Assembly (NCBI GenBank): GCA_963818355.1
Contig: CAWFSB010000039.1
Span: 45,052-109,051 of the forward strand
Reading direction: 5' to 3'
Origin: an uncultured Acidobacteriota bacterium
GTDB lineage: Bacteria; Acidobacteriota; Vicinamibacteria; Fen-336
DNA length: 64,000 nucleotides
The notes beneath the pieces are model-generated. The model worked only from the letters and a program-made list of their open reading frames with translations, did not search any database and was not told the DNA's origin. Both the position numbers and the translations under genes were made by a program. The number at the start of each line of letters is the position of its first letter. Position 1 is the first letter of the stretch. This document shows positions 1 to 10,079 of the stretch, in pieces.

Positions 1-576
1 TGCGGCGGGTGCTTCGGAACCTGCCGCGCTACCGCGGCCACGACTGGGAGAGCGGCAGCCACGACGGCTACGCGGACGCGATCGAGAGCGCCCTCTACCT
101 CGTCAACCGCGAGCCGGTGCCGGAGGCGCTCGACTGGATCGAGACCGAGACCGCGCGGCTCATCGCCTTCCAGCAGGAGGACGGGACGATCGAGCGCTGG
201 TACGGCGACGGCAACTGGGCCCGGACGCTCCTGCTCTACGCGATGATGAAGACGCAGGGCGTGCTTCCTCGACGGCTGGCAGGAGGGCGTGCGGCTCGGC
301 GCCGCTCGCGAGGGCGAGCGCCTCTTCGTCTCGCTGGAAGCGCCCGCGGGCTGGAAGGGCCGGCTGCGCTTCGACCACGCCCGCCACCGCCGCGACCTGA
401 ACTTCGCCCGCAACTACGTCCGCCTCAACGAGTGGCCGGAGTGGTACACGGTGGACGAGAACACGCTCTACCGTCTGACCGACGCGGCGGGGAAGGAGAT
501 CGTCCGCCTCGGCTCGGACCTCGAGGACGGGATCGAGGTCGTCGGCTCCGGGCGCTGGATCGTCGAGCCGGCCTAG
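1..576 (+). CDS. hypothetical protein, C-terminal part (5' end outside window); frame disrupted near 255-290
   Basis: ORF 9..752 is protein-like only up to ...LLLYAMMKTQG. It then continues in the frame of ORF 289..576 (GVRLGAAREGERLFVSLEAPAGWKGRLRFDH...WIVEPA*). No family recognised. Confidence 0.5.
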
Positions 577-596
577 CCGAAGGCCCACTGAGCCCA

Positions 597-739
597 GTCA
601 TTCCGACGAGCTTCGTGTCGCGCCCGCCCTGTCATTCCGAGGAGCCTAGTCTCGCCGGGCGACGAGGAATCCGCCGGCGCCGGTGCGGAGATTGCGGATT
701 CCTCGGGACCCGTCCAACCGGGTCCCTCGGAATGACAAG
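597..739 (+). repeat. nested-palindrome intergenic repeat, copy 1 (partial left arm 597-611 plus full unit 630-737)
   Basis: TGTCATTCCGAGGAGC..GGGCGACGAGGAATCCGCC..TGCGGATTCCTCGGGACC..GGTCCCTCGGAATGACA, with outer and inner inverted repeats. Begins 21 nt after the stop at 576. Confidence 0.85.
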
Positions 740-809
740 TGTCGGGCGCTGAACAAGGAAACGGCCCGGCGGGGGACGCCCGCCGGGCCGGGAGAAGCGG
801 CTCAGCCGA

Positions 810-3800
810 TCAGAAGGTCAGCTTGGCCGCGAACTGGATGTTGCGCTCCGTCGTGCCGCAGGTGGAGCACGCCGGGTTCGTGAGCATCGCGGTGATCGTC
901 GCCACCGCCGCGTTGCCGATCGTCCGGTTGGGCTGGCCGAACTGCGGGTGGTTGAGGACGTTGAAGGCCTCGCAGCGCAGCTCGAGGTTGAACCGTCCGA
1001 ACCGGGTGTTCTTGATCAGCGACATGTCGATGTTGAACTGCTCGGGGCCGCGCATGATGTTGCGGTCGGCGTCGCCCCAGGTGCCCGTGTTGTCGGCGGG
1101 CGGCTGGAACGCGGTCGGCTCGAACCACTTGTCGACCGACGGGTTGTCGATCTCCCAGTTGCCGATCACGTTCGGGCGCTGGCCGGTCCCGCCCGGAGTC
1201 GTGGAGAGGATCCCGGCTGTCTGCCCCGGGGTGAACGGGTAGCCCGTGCGCCAGTAGCCGATGCCGCTCACCTGCCAGCCGCCGTACCACTTTGTGCGCC
1301 CGAGAGGCAGCTCGTACGCTCCGGCCACGCTCACCGTGTGCCGGATGTCGTAGTCGGCCGGCCCGTAGTTGTAGCCGGCGATGTCGTAGACGTTGGCGAC
1401 GGTTACCGTGCCGTCGTTGTCCGAGTTGTAGTCCTGGGCCTTGGCGAGCGAGTAGGAGGCCAGGAGCGAGATGCCGTTCGCGTAGCGCCGCTGGACCTTG
1501 GCGAGGAACGCCTGGTAGTCGAGGATCCCGGTGCTCTGCACCTGCCCGATCGTGCGCAGGGCGGGCGCCAGCGTGGCGTAGGGACGGAGGACGTTCGAGT
1601 TCGTGACGCCGACGGTGGCGGGGGCCTCGTTCGGGTCCCCCTTGAGGAGGTACTGGCGGCCGCGCGAGCCCGCGTAGGTGAGCTCGATCATGTAGTTCGT
1701 GAAGAGTTGGTGCTGGACGTTGACGTTCCAGTTGACCGTGTACGCGTCGCGGAAGTCGCGGTCGAAGATCGAGCGGGTCGAGCCGGCGCCGGGCCGCGGC
1801 GTCGTGTCGACGCCCGGCGGGGGCGGCAGCCCGGCCGAGACGAGCATCTTGGGGTCGTTCGAGAAGTTCGTGTTCGGCGCCGCGGTCAGTGCCGTCGACT
1901 GGAGGAACGGCGGGTTCTGGGCCTTGGACGACGACGTGCCGCCCGGCGTGAAGTTCCAGAACACGCCGACGCCGCCGCGGACGATCGTGCGTCCCGTGCC
2001 GAAGACGTCGTAGGCGAAGCCGAACCGGGGGCCGAGGTCGCCCTTCGAGTAGGTCTGCAGGTAGCGGCCGACCTGGACGCCGCCCAGGGTCGCGTTGTCG
2101 GAGGCCACCACGAACTGACCGGTGGTCTCGTCGAAGTTGGACTGCCGGTCCTCGATCTCGACCCAGGGCACGTAGACGTCCCAGCGCAGGCCCAGGTTGA
2201 GGGTCAGCTTGGAGTTGACGCGGAAGTCGTCCTGCACGTAGAGCGACCACTCCGGCCGCTTCTCGGTGTAGGTGCCCGCGTCGAACAGGTTGCGGTTCTT
2301 GGTGGTGGCGTAGCCGAGCAGGAAGCTGGCCACGTCGAAGCCGGTCGAGGCGTTGAGGGTGCAGCCGGTGGCGACACCCGCGCAGTTCGAGGTCATGTTG
2401 TTGTTGAAGCCGAACTGTCCGACGATCGAGTCGGCGTTGAGGATCTCGCGCGAGCGGAAGGTGACGCTGCCGCCGACCTTGAGCGTGTGCTTGCCCTTGA
2501 TCCAGGTCACGCTGTCGAAGATCTGGAAGTCGTTCTGGTTCGTGATCAGCGGCTGGTTGCCGTTCGCCCCCAGGTTCCGGATGTTCTGGAACTGCATCTG
2601 GGTCATCGCCGAGGTGACCTCGTTGACGTTGATGCCGGGGATGCCCATCGCCTGGGCGAGGTTCTGCCCGTAGTCGATCGGACGTCATCAGGAACTTGAT
2701 CGAGTTCCAGCCGAAGCGGAACTCGTTCAGCAGGGTCGGGCTGAAGGTGTGCGTGTCGTTGAACGTCACGCTCTGCGCCTTGATGTTCCCGTCACCGGCG
2801 CCGAAGGTGGCGCCCGCGTCGCCGTGCTCGAGTGTCGCGGGCAGGAACCGCGCCGTCTTCTGGTAGCTGTAGCGGACGAAGAAGCGGTTGTTCTGGGTCA
2901 GCCGGTGGTCGACCTTGACGTCGAACTGGTTGTCGTCGCGCTCGAGGTTCGGGGTGATCAGGTAGTTGTTGATCGGCTGCCCGGTGGCCCCGACGCTGCC
3001 CGCGGTGTTCGGCTCGGGGTAGAGCTGCTGCATGATGTTCTTCGAGGCGGGGTCCCAGCGGCTCTCGGGGATGATGTTGCCGGGGAAGGGCTGCCCGGTG
3101 AGCGGGTCGTAGATGACCCGGTTGAGCTCCGAGAAGTTCCCCTGCCGCATCGCCAGCGAGGGGACGGTGGAGAGGTAGGTCTGGCCGGACGTGATGCGCA
3201 GGCCCTGGTAGTCGGCGAAGAAGAAGGTCTTGTCCTTGATGATCGGGCCGCCGAAGGTGGCGCCGAACTGGTTCTGGGAGAGGTCGGCCTTCTTGCGGCC
3301 GGCCCGGTTGTTGAACCAGTTGTTGGCGTCGAAGGCGTCGTTGCGGTTGAACGCGAAGACGCTGCCGTGGTAGTCGTTCGTCCCGCTCTTGAGCTGGAGG
3401 TTGACGACGCCGCCGAGCGAGCGGCCGAACTCGGCGGAGTACGTGCTCGTCTGGAGCTTGAACTCCTGCAGCGCGTCGACGCTCGGGAAGATGACCACGG
3501 TCTGCAGCCAGGTCTCGTTGTTGTCGACGCCGTCGAGCATGTAGTTGTTGTCGCGGGTCCGCTGCCCGTTCGCCGAGAAGGACGCCGAGGCGCGCCAGGC
3601 GAGGCTGCCGGCGCCGTCGATGTTGCCCCCGGGCTGGCCGCGCAGGATGCCGGGCACGGTTCGGGTGAGGCTCACGAAGTTCCGGCCGTTGAGCGGCAGC
3701 GTCCTGATCTGCTCCTCGACGATCGTGGCGCCGAGCTCGGACGATGCGGTCTGGAGGAGCGGCGTCTCCGCCTGGATCTCGACCACCTCGGTCATGGCGC

Positions 3801-4155
3801 CGATCTCGAGGGCCAGGTCCATGCGGACCTTCTGGTCGACGCCCAGCTGCACGTTGGTCTTCGAGACCTTCTTGAAGCCCGTGAGCTCGGCGGTGACGGT
3901 GTAGGTCCCGGTCGGGATGAGGGGGGCGGTGTACTCTCCGCTCGCGTCGGTCACGACGCTGCGGCTGAAGCCCGTGCCCGTGTTCACCAGGGTGACCGTC
4001 GCGCCCGGCACGACCGCCCCGGTCGAGTCCTGGACGAACCCCAGGATCGTGCCGCTGACGGCCTGGGCTCCGGCCGGCGGCGGGGCGAGGCAGCTCAGGA
4101 CGGCGAGGCCCACGAGGGCTGCGAGAACCCTCGGGCGAAGCGACAATCGGCTCAT
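810..4155 (-). CDS. TonB-dependent receptor with N-terminal carboxypeptidase-regulatory-like domain (frame disrupted near 2650-2690)
   Basis: ATG 4155 is preceded by GGAGGA with a 7-nt spacer. Signal peptide MSRLSLRPRVLAALVGLAVLSCLAPPPAGAQA. GTILGFVQDSTGAVVPGATVTL...YTVTAELTGFKK domain. Plug-like LPLNGRNF and SANGQRTRDNNYMLDG. Barrel ends ...IQFAAKLTF*. N part is in ORF 802..4197, C part in ORF 810..2648. Confidence 0.9.
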
Positions 4156-4290
4156 ATCGTATCCTCCCGCGTCACAGGTCGAGTCCCGTCGTGCCAAGCA
4201 CTCCGGACTCAGTTGGTCTGACCACAGTTCTCGAGGCCCTCGTGGCGCGGTTCACATGATGCGGATCGATGGGGCTGATCAAGTTGGCGG

Positions 4291-4320
4291 AAATTAACCT
4301 GGCGCCACATATGTTGTCAA
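4291..4320 (-). promoter_or_regulatory. candidate sigma70-type promoter TTGACA-N18-TAATTT for TBDR 810..4155
   Basis: Minus strand reads TTGACA (4320-4315), an 18-nt spacer, then TAATTT (4296-4291). This implies a leader of about 130 nt. Confidence 0.5.
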
Positions 4321-4422
4321 GACGTCCAGGGCTGCGCTTTGCAGCCGCCGACACCTGCTGCCGGGCTGCGGTCAGACCTGAAGCTGGCCTCTGGACGGGT
4401 CGCCGAACCCCGGCGGAACGCC

Positions 4423-4993
4423 TCAAGACGAGCGCTGGTGCCCTTTGCCGATCTCGTAGTGGCGGAGGATCTCGTCCCACCGGCCCTGGGCCTTCAGCAG
4501 GAGCTCCACCACGTCGCGCAGGGCGCCGTGGCCGCCCGGGCTCGGGGTCACCCAGTGGGCCTCGGCCTTCACCTCGGGCTTGGCGTTCGCGGTCGCGACG
4601 CCGAAGCCCGACCCGGTGCATGACCACGACGTCCGTGAAGTCGTCGCCCACGTAGCCGACCTGCTCGGCCTGCAGGCCGGCCTTCTCCAGGATCTCCTCG
4701 AGGATGGGGATCTTCTCGGTGTGGCCCTGGTAGACGTGGGTGAAGCCCGCCGAGCGGGCCCGCTCCTCGGTGGCGACGGAGACCCGCCCGCTGATGACCC
4801 CCGCCTGGATGCCGAAGCGGCGCAGCCACTGGAAGGCGATGCCGTCCTGCGAGTCGAAGGCCTTGATCTCGGCGAGGCCGCCCTGCCCGTCCGGGACGTT
4901 CCAGTAGGTGCCGTCGGTCATCACCCCGTCCACGTCCATCAGCAGCAGACGGACGCGCGCGGCCCGGGCCAGGACGTCCTCGTCGAAGCTCAT
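4423..4993 (-). CDS. kdsC: KdsC-like HAD-IIIA phosphatase (3-deoxy-D-manno-octulosonate 8-phosphate phosphatase family); frame disrupted near 4600-4625
   Basis: ATG 4993 is preceded by GGAGGG. HAD motifs LLLMDVDGVMTDG and GYVGDDFTDV. The C-terminal about 55 aa (FGVATANAKPEVKAEAHWVTPSPGGHGALRDVVELLLKAQGRWDEIL..*) read in another frame, ending at TGA 4425-4423. Confidence 0.7.
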
Positions 4994-5080
4994 CGTGCCC
5001 TCCGTGGCGATCGCGATCCTCTCACATCTGGACGACCCGGGGCGCTCGGGATTAGGATCCCTCCCACCCGAGGAGGGACC

Positions 5081-5938
5081 ATGGTTCTCACGCGGCGCGA
5101 CGTGGTGCGGATGGGGCTGGTTTCGGCGGGGGCGCTCGCCCTCGGCGGGCGCGCCCGCGCGGCCGGGGGCTTCCACCTCGGGCTCGTGACCTACAACGTC
5201 GCGAAGGACTGGGACCTCGACACCCTCCTGCGCCTCGTCCACGAGGCCGGGCTCGAGGGCGTCGAGTTCCGGACGACCCACGCCCACGGAGTCGAGCGGA
5301 CGCTCACCCCGGCCGAGCGGCAGGTCGTGAAGAAGAAGTGCGCGGATGCCGGCCTCCTGCAGACGAGCCTCGGCACGGTCTGCGAGTTCCACTCGCCCGA
5401 CCCGGTGGTCGTGAGGAAGAACGTCGAGGACTGCCGCGAGTGGGTCCTCCTGGCGAAGGACATCGGGGCGCGGGGCGTCAAGGTGCGGCCCAACGGGCTG
5501 CCGAAGGACGTCCCCGAGGAGCAGACGCTCGAGCAGATCGGGCGGGCGCTCGCGCAGTGCGGCGCCTTCGCGAAGGACAACGGCGTCGAGATCTGGGTCG
5601 AGGTCCACGGCGACCAGACGAAGGTCCCGGCCCGGATGCGCCGGATCATGGACGTCTGCTCCCACCCGAGCGTCGGCCTCACCTGGAACTCGAACGACAC
5701 GGACGTCACCGACGGCTCGGTCGCCTCTTCCTTCGCGCTCCTGCGTCCCTTCGTCCGCTGCTGCCACATCACCGACCTGCGGAGTGCGTATCCCTGGAGG
5801 GAGCTCTTCACGCTCCTCGGCCAGTCGGGCTTCGACGGCTTCACGCTGTGCGAGTTCCCGGAGACGGTCCCCGCGTCAAACGGGGCCACCTGGCTCGGGG
5901 ACTACCGGGCCCGCTGGGAGTCGCTCAAGCGCGGCTGA
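5081..5938 (+). CDS. Tat-exported sugar phosphate isomerase/epimerase-like protein (xylose isomerase-like TIM barrel)
   Basis: AGGAGGG is 3 nt upstream of ATG 5081. Twin-arginine signal MVLTRRDVVRMGLVSAGALALGGRARA. TIM-barrel-type pattern (GLEGVEFR, GVEIWVEVHG, VGLTWNSND, HITDL). Intact 285 aa within ORF 4580..5938. Confidence 0.7.
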   Translation: MVLTRRDVVRMGLVSAGALALGGRARAAGGFHLGLVTYNVAKDWDLDTLLRLVHEAGLEGVEFRTTHAHGVERTLTPAERQVVKKKCADAGLLQTSLGTVCEFHSPDPVVVRKNVEDCREWVLLAKDIGARGVKVRPNGLPKDVPEEQTLEQIGRALAQCGAFAKDNGVEIWVEVHGDQTKVPARMRRIMDVCSHPSVGLTWNSNDTDVTDGSVASSFALLRPFVRCCHITDLRSAYPWRELFTLLGQSGFDGFTLCEFPETVPASNGATWLGDYRARWESLKRG

Positions 5939-6160
5939 GTCGACGACCCGGGCTTGAGACTGGTCTGTCCACTCTCCCGGATGGCCGCCGGGACGCTCGA
6001 AACGGGCACTCTGTGCGCGCACGTCTCTCGGCTCCGGGATCTTGAATCGACCAACCTATTCCTTATCAATTGGATACATATTTTCGACTTGACGAGATCC
6101 AATCCTCCGTACGGCCTGTTCGGCGCCAGAAAAGAAAGTAAAATGGTCAGACCAAGTCTA

Positions 6161-6190
6161 TTGACATGAACTGACATCATTTTGTATCTT
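6161..6190 (+). promoter_or_regulatory. candidate sigma70-type promoter TTGACA-N18-TATCTT for TBDR 6249..9558
   Basis: TTGACA at 6161-6166, an 18-nt spacer, TATCTT at 6185-6190. It sits at the end of a locally AT-rich tract, with an A-rich stretch at 6130-6146 upstream. Confidence 0.55.
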
Positions 6191-6248
6191 GATGGCGCGT
6201 AACGGTCGGTTTCACGCTTTGGCTCGAGCCCAAACCCTGGAGGCACTC

Positions 6249-9200
6249 ATGACGCAACTCGCGCGCGCAGGCACTCGCGGACCTGTGCGGATCGCTCTTC
6301 TGACCGCGGCCGTCGCCCTCGCTCTCTCGGGGCTGGCCTCGGCCCAGGCCATCCGAGGCACGCTCCTCGGCACCGTCACGGACACGCAGGGGGCGACGGT
6401 GCCCGGCGTGACCGTGACCGCCACCGAGACCCGGACGAACGCGACTCGTACCGCCGTCACCAACCAGAGCGGCAACTTCGTCTTCGCGAACCTGCAGGAC
6501 GGGCTCTACCGGGTGGAGACGGAGCTCAGCGGCTTCAAGAAGTTCTCCCGCGACGGCATCGAGGTGAAGGTCAACTCCACGATGCGCGTGGACGTCGATC
6601 CTCGAGGTCGGCGCGATGACCGAGACCGTCGAGGTCGTCCAGGAGACCCCGCTCCTCCAGACCGACCGCGCCGACACCGGGCGCAACATCGAGGGCCGGC
6701 TGGTCCAGGAGATGCCCCTCGGCTCAGGGCCGCAACTTCCAGGGGATGTGGGCCACCGTGCCCGGGATCCGTCACCCTGAGCCGCCCGCACTCGCAGTTC
6801 TTCAACCCCCAGGACTCCCAGGAGACCAAGTTCAACGGCCAGTCGCGCCTGTCCAACAACGTCCAGATCGACGGGCTCGACAACAACCACCGGACCGGCC
6901 TCCTGACCGTCCTCATCCCCTCCGCCGAGGCGATCGACTCCGTCAACGTGACCACGTCGAACTTCGACGCCGAGTTCGGGCGCGCCGGCGGGTCGGTGAC
7001 CACGGTCGTCATGAAGTCGGGCACCAACCAGTTCAAGGGCAGCGTCTTCGCCTTCGCGAACAACGAGTCGACCCAGGCCAAGAACTCCTTCGCCTCCGCC
7101 ACCTCGATCAAGCCCGAGACGAAGTACCAGCAGTTCGGGGCCACCCTCGGCGGCCCGATCATCAAGGACAAGCTCTTCTTCTTCACCGACTACCAGCGGA
7201 CGGTGGACAACCTCGGCCAGCTGCGGCGCGTGGTCATCCCCCCCGCCGAGTGGAGGAACGGCGACTTCTCGAGCGCCTCGACGAAGATCTACGACCCGGC
7301 CACCGGCAACGCCGACGGCACGGGCCGGACGCCGTTCCCCGGCAACATCATCCCCACGAACCGCCTCAGCCCCGTGGCCCTGAACATCCTCGCCAAGATC
7401 CCGCAGCCGAACATCCCCGGGGCCGCCTTCGGCCAGGTGAACTACGAGCTGCCCAGCAGCGAGCGCGAGAAGACGACGAACGCCTTCAACGCCAAGCTGA
7501 ACTACAACCCCACCTCGAGCGACCAGATGTCGCTGCGCTTCAGCTACCAGCGGCCGGAGATCTTCGTCCCCGGCACGTTCGGCGAGCTCGGCGGCGCCGG
7601 CGCCGACTTCGCCGGCACCGGCTACCAGAACACCTACAGCGCCGCCCTCACCTGGACCCGGACCCTCAGCCAGAGCCTGATCATGGAGTGGCGGGCCGGC
7701 TACATGAAGTACCACAACGAGGCGCTCTCCACGGGCACGGGCCTCGACAGCTCGACCGAGGTGGGCATCCCGGGCGCCAACTTCGACGAGTTCTCGAGCG
7801 GCATCAGCCGGATCAGCATCGGGAACGGCTTCACGGATCCGATGGTCGGATTCTCGCCGAGCCTGCCCTGGGACCGCGGCGAGGAGACGTTCAGCGTCAC
7901 CGGGATGCTGACCAAGATCACCGGCAACCACACGCTCAAGGTGGGCACCGAGGTGCGCCACAACGAGGACTTCCTCCTCCAGATCCAGGACGCGGGCGGC
8001 GTGCGGGGCCAGTTCCAGTTCAACGGCGCCCGGACGTCGATCCCGACCGACACCGCGGCCACCAGCGGCATCGCCAACTCCTTCGCGTCGTTCCTCCTCG
8101 ACGCCCCGTCGCTCGTCCAGCGCGACATCAAGGTCATCGACCGGCCGGGCACCAAGCACTGGGCCGTGTTCGCCTTCGTCCAGGACAAGTGGCAGGTGAC
8201 CCCGAAGCTCACCGTCGACCTCGGCCTGCGCTGGGAGTACTACACGCCGCTCGTCGGGATCGCGGACCAGGGCGGCCTCTCGACCTACAACCCGTCGAAC
8301 AACACGGTCGAGGTGGCCGGGTACGGCAGCATCCCGCAGAACATCGGCGTCCAGACCACGTGGACGAACTTCGCCCCGCGGCTCGGGGCGTCCTACCGTT
8401 TCGACGAGAAGACCGTCCTGCGGGCCGGGTTCGGCACCACGATCATCCCCTTCCCGGACAACGAGTACGCGTTCAACTTCCCGGTCAAGCAGAACGAGCA
8501 GTTCAACCCGCCCAACGGCTTCGCGCCGGCCGGGAGCATGGCTGCCGGGTTCGGGGCGCCGACCTTCTTCCCCATCCCGTCGAGCGGCGTCGTGGACGCC
8601 AGCATCCCGCAGCTGCAAGAACGCCCAGCTCGTCAACGTGCCCTCCGACCTGAAGGAGGCCAAGCTCCACTCCTGGAACGTGGCCTTCCAGCGGCAGCTG
8701 CCGTGGAACCTCGTCGGCGAGGTCGCCTACGTGGGCAACGTCGGCAAGGGCATCGTGGTCCGGGGCTGGAACATCAACGCCGGCATGGTCCTCGGGGCCG
8801 AGAACGCGGGCCGGCCGCTCTTCGCGCCGTACGGCCGCACCGCGAACGTCCGCTCCTTCTTCGCCGGCGACACGTCCTACAACTCGTTGCAGGCCAAGCT
8901 CGACCGGCGCTTCAAGAACGGCTTCCTGGTCACGACCTCGTACACCCTCAGCCGCGGCGAGAACTACGCGGACGAGGCCGACATCGCGACACCGGCCGAC
9001 ATCGAGCGGACCTACGGCCCGACGGGCTTCAACCGCACGCACGCGTTCGCGTCCGCCTTCATCTGGGACCTGCCGTTCTTCAAGGAGGACAACGGCGCCC
9101 TGCACTGGATCCTCGGCGGCTGGCAGTTCAGCGGCATCTTCACCGCGTACTCCGGGACCCCGATCAACTTCACGGCGTCCGCGGCCACGCTCGGCGCCCC

Positions 9201-9558
9201 GGGCAACACCCAGTACCCGAACGCCAGCGGCGAGCCCGAGGTGCTGGGGAACATCGGGCCCGGGCAGAAGTACTTCGACACGTCGGTCTTCTCGGCGCCG
9301 GCGCAGGGCACCTGGGGCACCCTGACGCGCAACAGCTCGATCAGCGGCCCCGGCTTCTGGAACCTCGACGCCTCGCTCGTGAAGCGGCTGCGGTTCGGTC
9401 AGAAGGTCAACGTGGAGCTGCGGGCGGACGCCTTCAACCTGACGAACACGCCGCACTTCAACAACCCGAACGGCTCCTTCGGCTCGTCGACGTTCGGCGA
9501 GATCAACAGCTCGTTCGGCCAGCGGCTCGTCCGCTTCGGCCTGCGGGTGATCTTCTAG
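6249..9558 (+). CDS. TonB-dependent receptor with carboxypeptidase-regulatory-like domain (about 4 frame disruptions: ~6597, ~6725, ~6768, ~8615)
   Basis: GGAGG is 5 nt upstream of ATG 6249. Signal peptide ...ALALSGLASAQA. GTLLGTVTDTQGATVPGVTVTA...YRVETELSGFKKF domain. The main body is in the ORF 6189..9794 frame. The C-terminal barrel is in ORF 8638..9558, ending ...RLVRFGLRVIF*. Confidence 0.9.
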
Positions 9559-9573
9559 AAGGACCTGGCTCTC

Positions 9574-9641
9574 GGCCCGGGGCGCGCGCCCCGGGCCGAC
9601 GGCTCACCCGAGGGGGGCGGCCACGCGGCCGCCCCCTTTTC
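9574..9641 (+). terminator. two hairpins after the TBDR; the second is a rho-independent terminator
   Basis: Perfect palindrome GGCCCGGGGCGC/GCGCCCCGGGCC at 9574-9597. Then GGGGGCGGCC-acgc-GGCCGCCCCC followed by TTTT at 9613-9640. Confidence 0.8.
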
Positions 9642-9642
9642 T

Positions 9643-9798
9643 TGTCATTCCGAGGAGCTTCGGTTGAGTCGGGCGACGAGGGATCCGCCGGCTCCGGCCG
9701 GCGCCGGCGGATCCCTCTCGCTCGGCGGCCTCGGTCGTCGTGCTCGGGGCTGGCGCCTCCGGTCCCGGATGACAGCCGGAGTCCCTCGGAATGACAAG
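9643..9798 (+). repeat. nested-palindrome intergenic repeat, copy 2 (long central insert)
   Basis: TGTCATTCCGAGGAGC..GGGCGACGAGGGATCCGCCGG...GGAGTCCCTCGGAATGACAAG. Starts 2 nt after the terminator T-run. Confidence 0.85.
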
Positions 9799-9866
9799 CT
9801 CGAGGCAGAGCACGGCCCCGCTACGTGGAAGGGAGAGCGGGGCGAGCCCGAGGCGCGAATCCAGCG

Positions 9867-10076
9867 TTAGCTGGGTAGCTCGTCGTCGCCCCAGGGGAGG
9901 GGCTGCGGGCCCGGGACGATGCCGGCGAGATCGGGATCCTCCGCCGCCGACGTGTCGCCCTTCTGCTTTCTGCCTTCCGCGCGCTGAGCGCGGCGCTCCG
10001 CCTTGGCCACCTGCTTTTCCTTCTTGCCGGCCTCGCGGAGACGCTTGTTGACCGAGGGTCTAGTGTGTCCTGCCAC
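9867..10076 (-). CDS. small basic protein (69 aa), unknown function
   Basis: ORF 9867..10076 (MAGHTRPSVNKRLREAGKKEKQVAKAERRAQRAEGRKQKGD...DPDLAGIVPGPQPLPWGDDELPS*). Its ATG lies 3 nt after the MFS stop at 10080, which suggests co-transcription. Confidence 0.55.
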   Translation of the reverse strand: MAGHTRPSVNKRLREAGKKEKQVAKAERRAQRAEGRKQKGDTSAAEDPDLAGIVPGPQPLPWGDDELPS

Positions 10077-10079
10077 GGG

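Noticed and set aside
683-883. Short ORFs running through the palindromic repeats (683..883 +, 9604..9813 -, 9664..9870 +, 58001..58207 -, 58011..58205 -, 62801..63091 +).
   Set aside because: They are translations of the repeat arms, giving recurring ..PRDSG.., ..SLGMT.., ..VIPR.. strings in both orientations. They have no RBS and no consistent frame between copies.
948-4221. Long ORFs antisense to recognised genes: 948..2699 + and 2749..4221 + opposite TBDR1. Similar cases are 6177..8663 -, 19945..22269 -, 36024..38501 - and 58259..61270 - (1003 aa).
   Set aside because: Their translations are low-complexity R/G/A/P/D/E/V-rich strings without motifs. Each is fully overlapped by a gene with clear family signatures on the other strand. 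Stop-poor shadow frames are expected in ~70% GC DNA.
5902-6246. Small ORFs in the AT-rich intergenic tract (5902..6246 -, 5954..6169 +).
   Set aside because: They have no RBS, their composition is unlike neighbouring genes, and they span a well-formed promoter. The tract is better explained as regulatory DNA.
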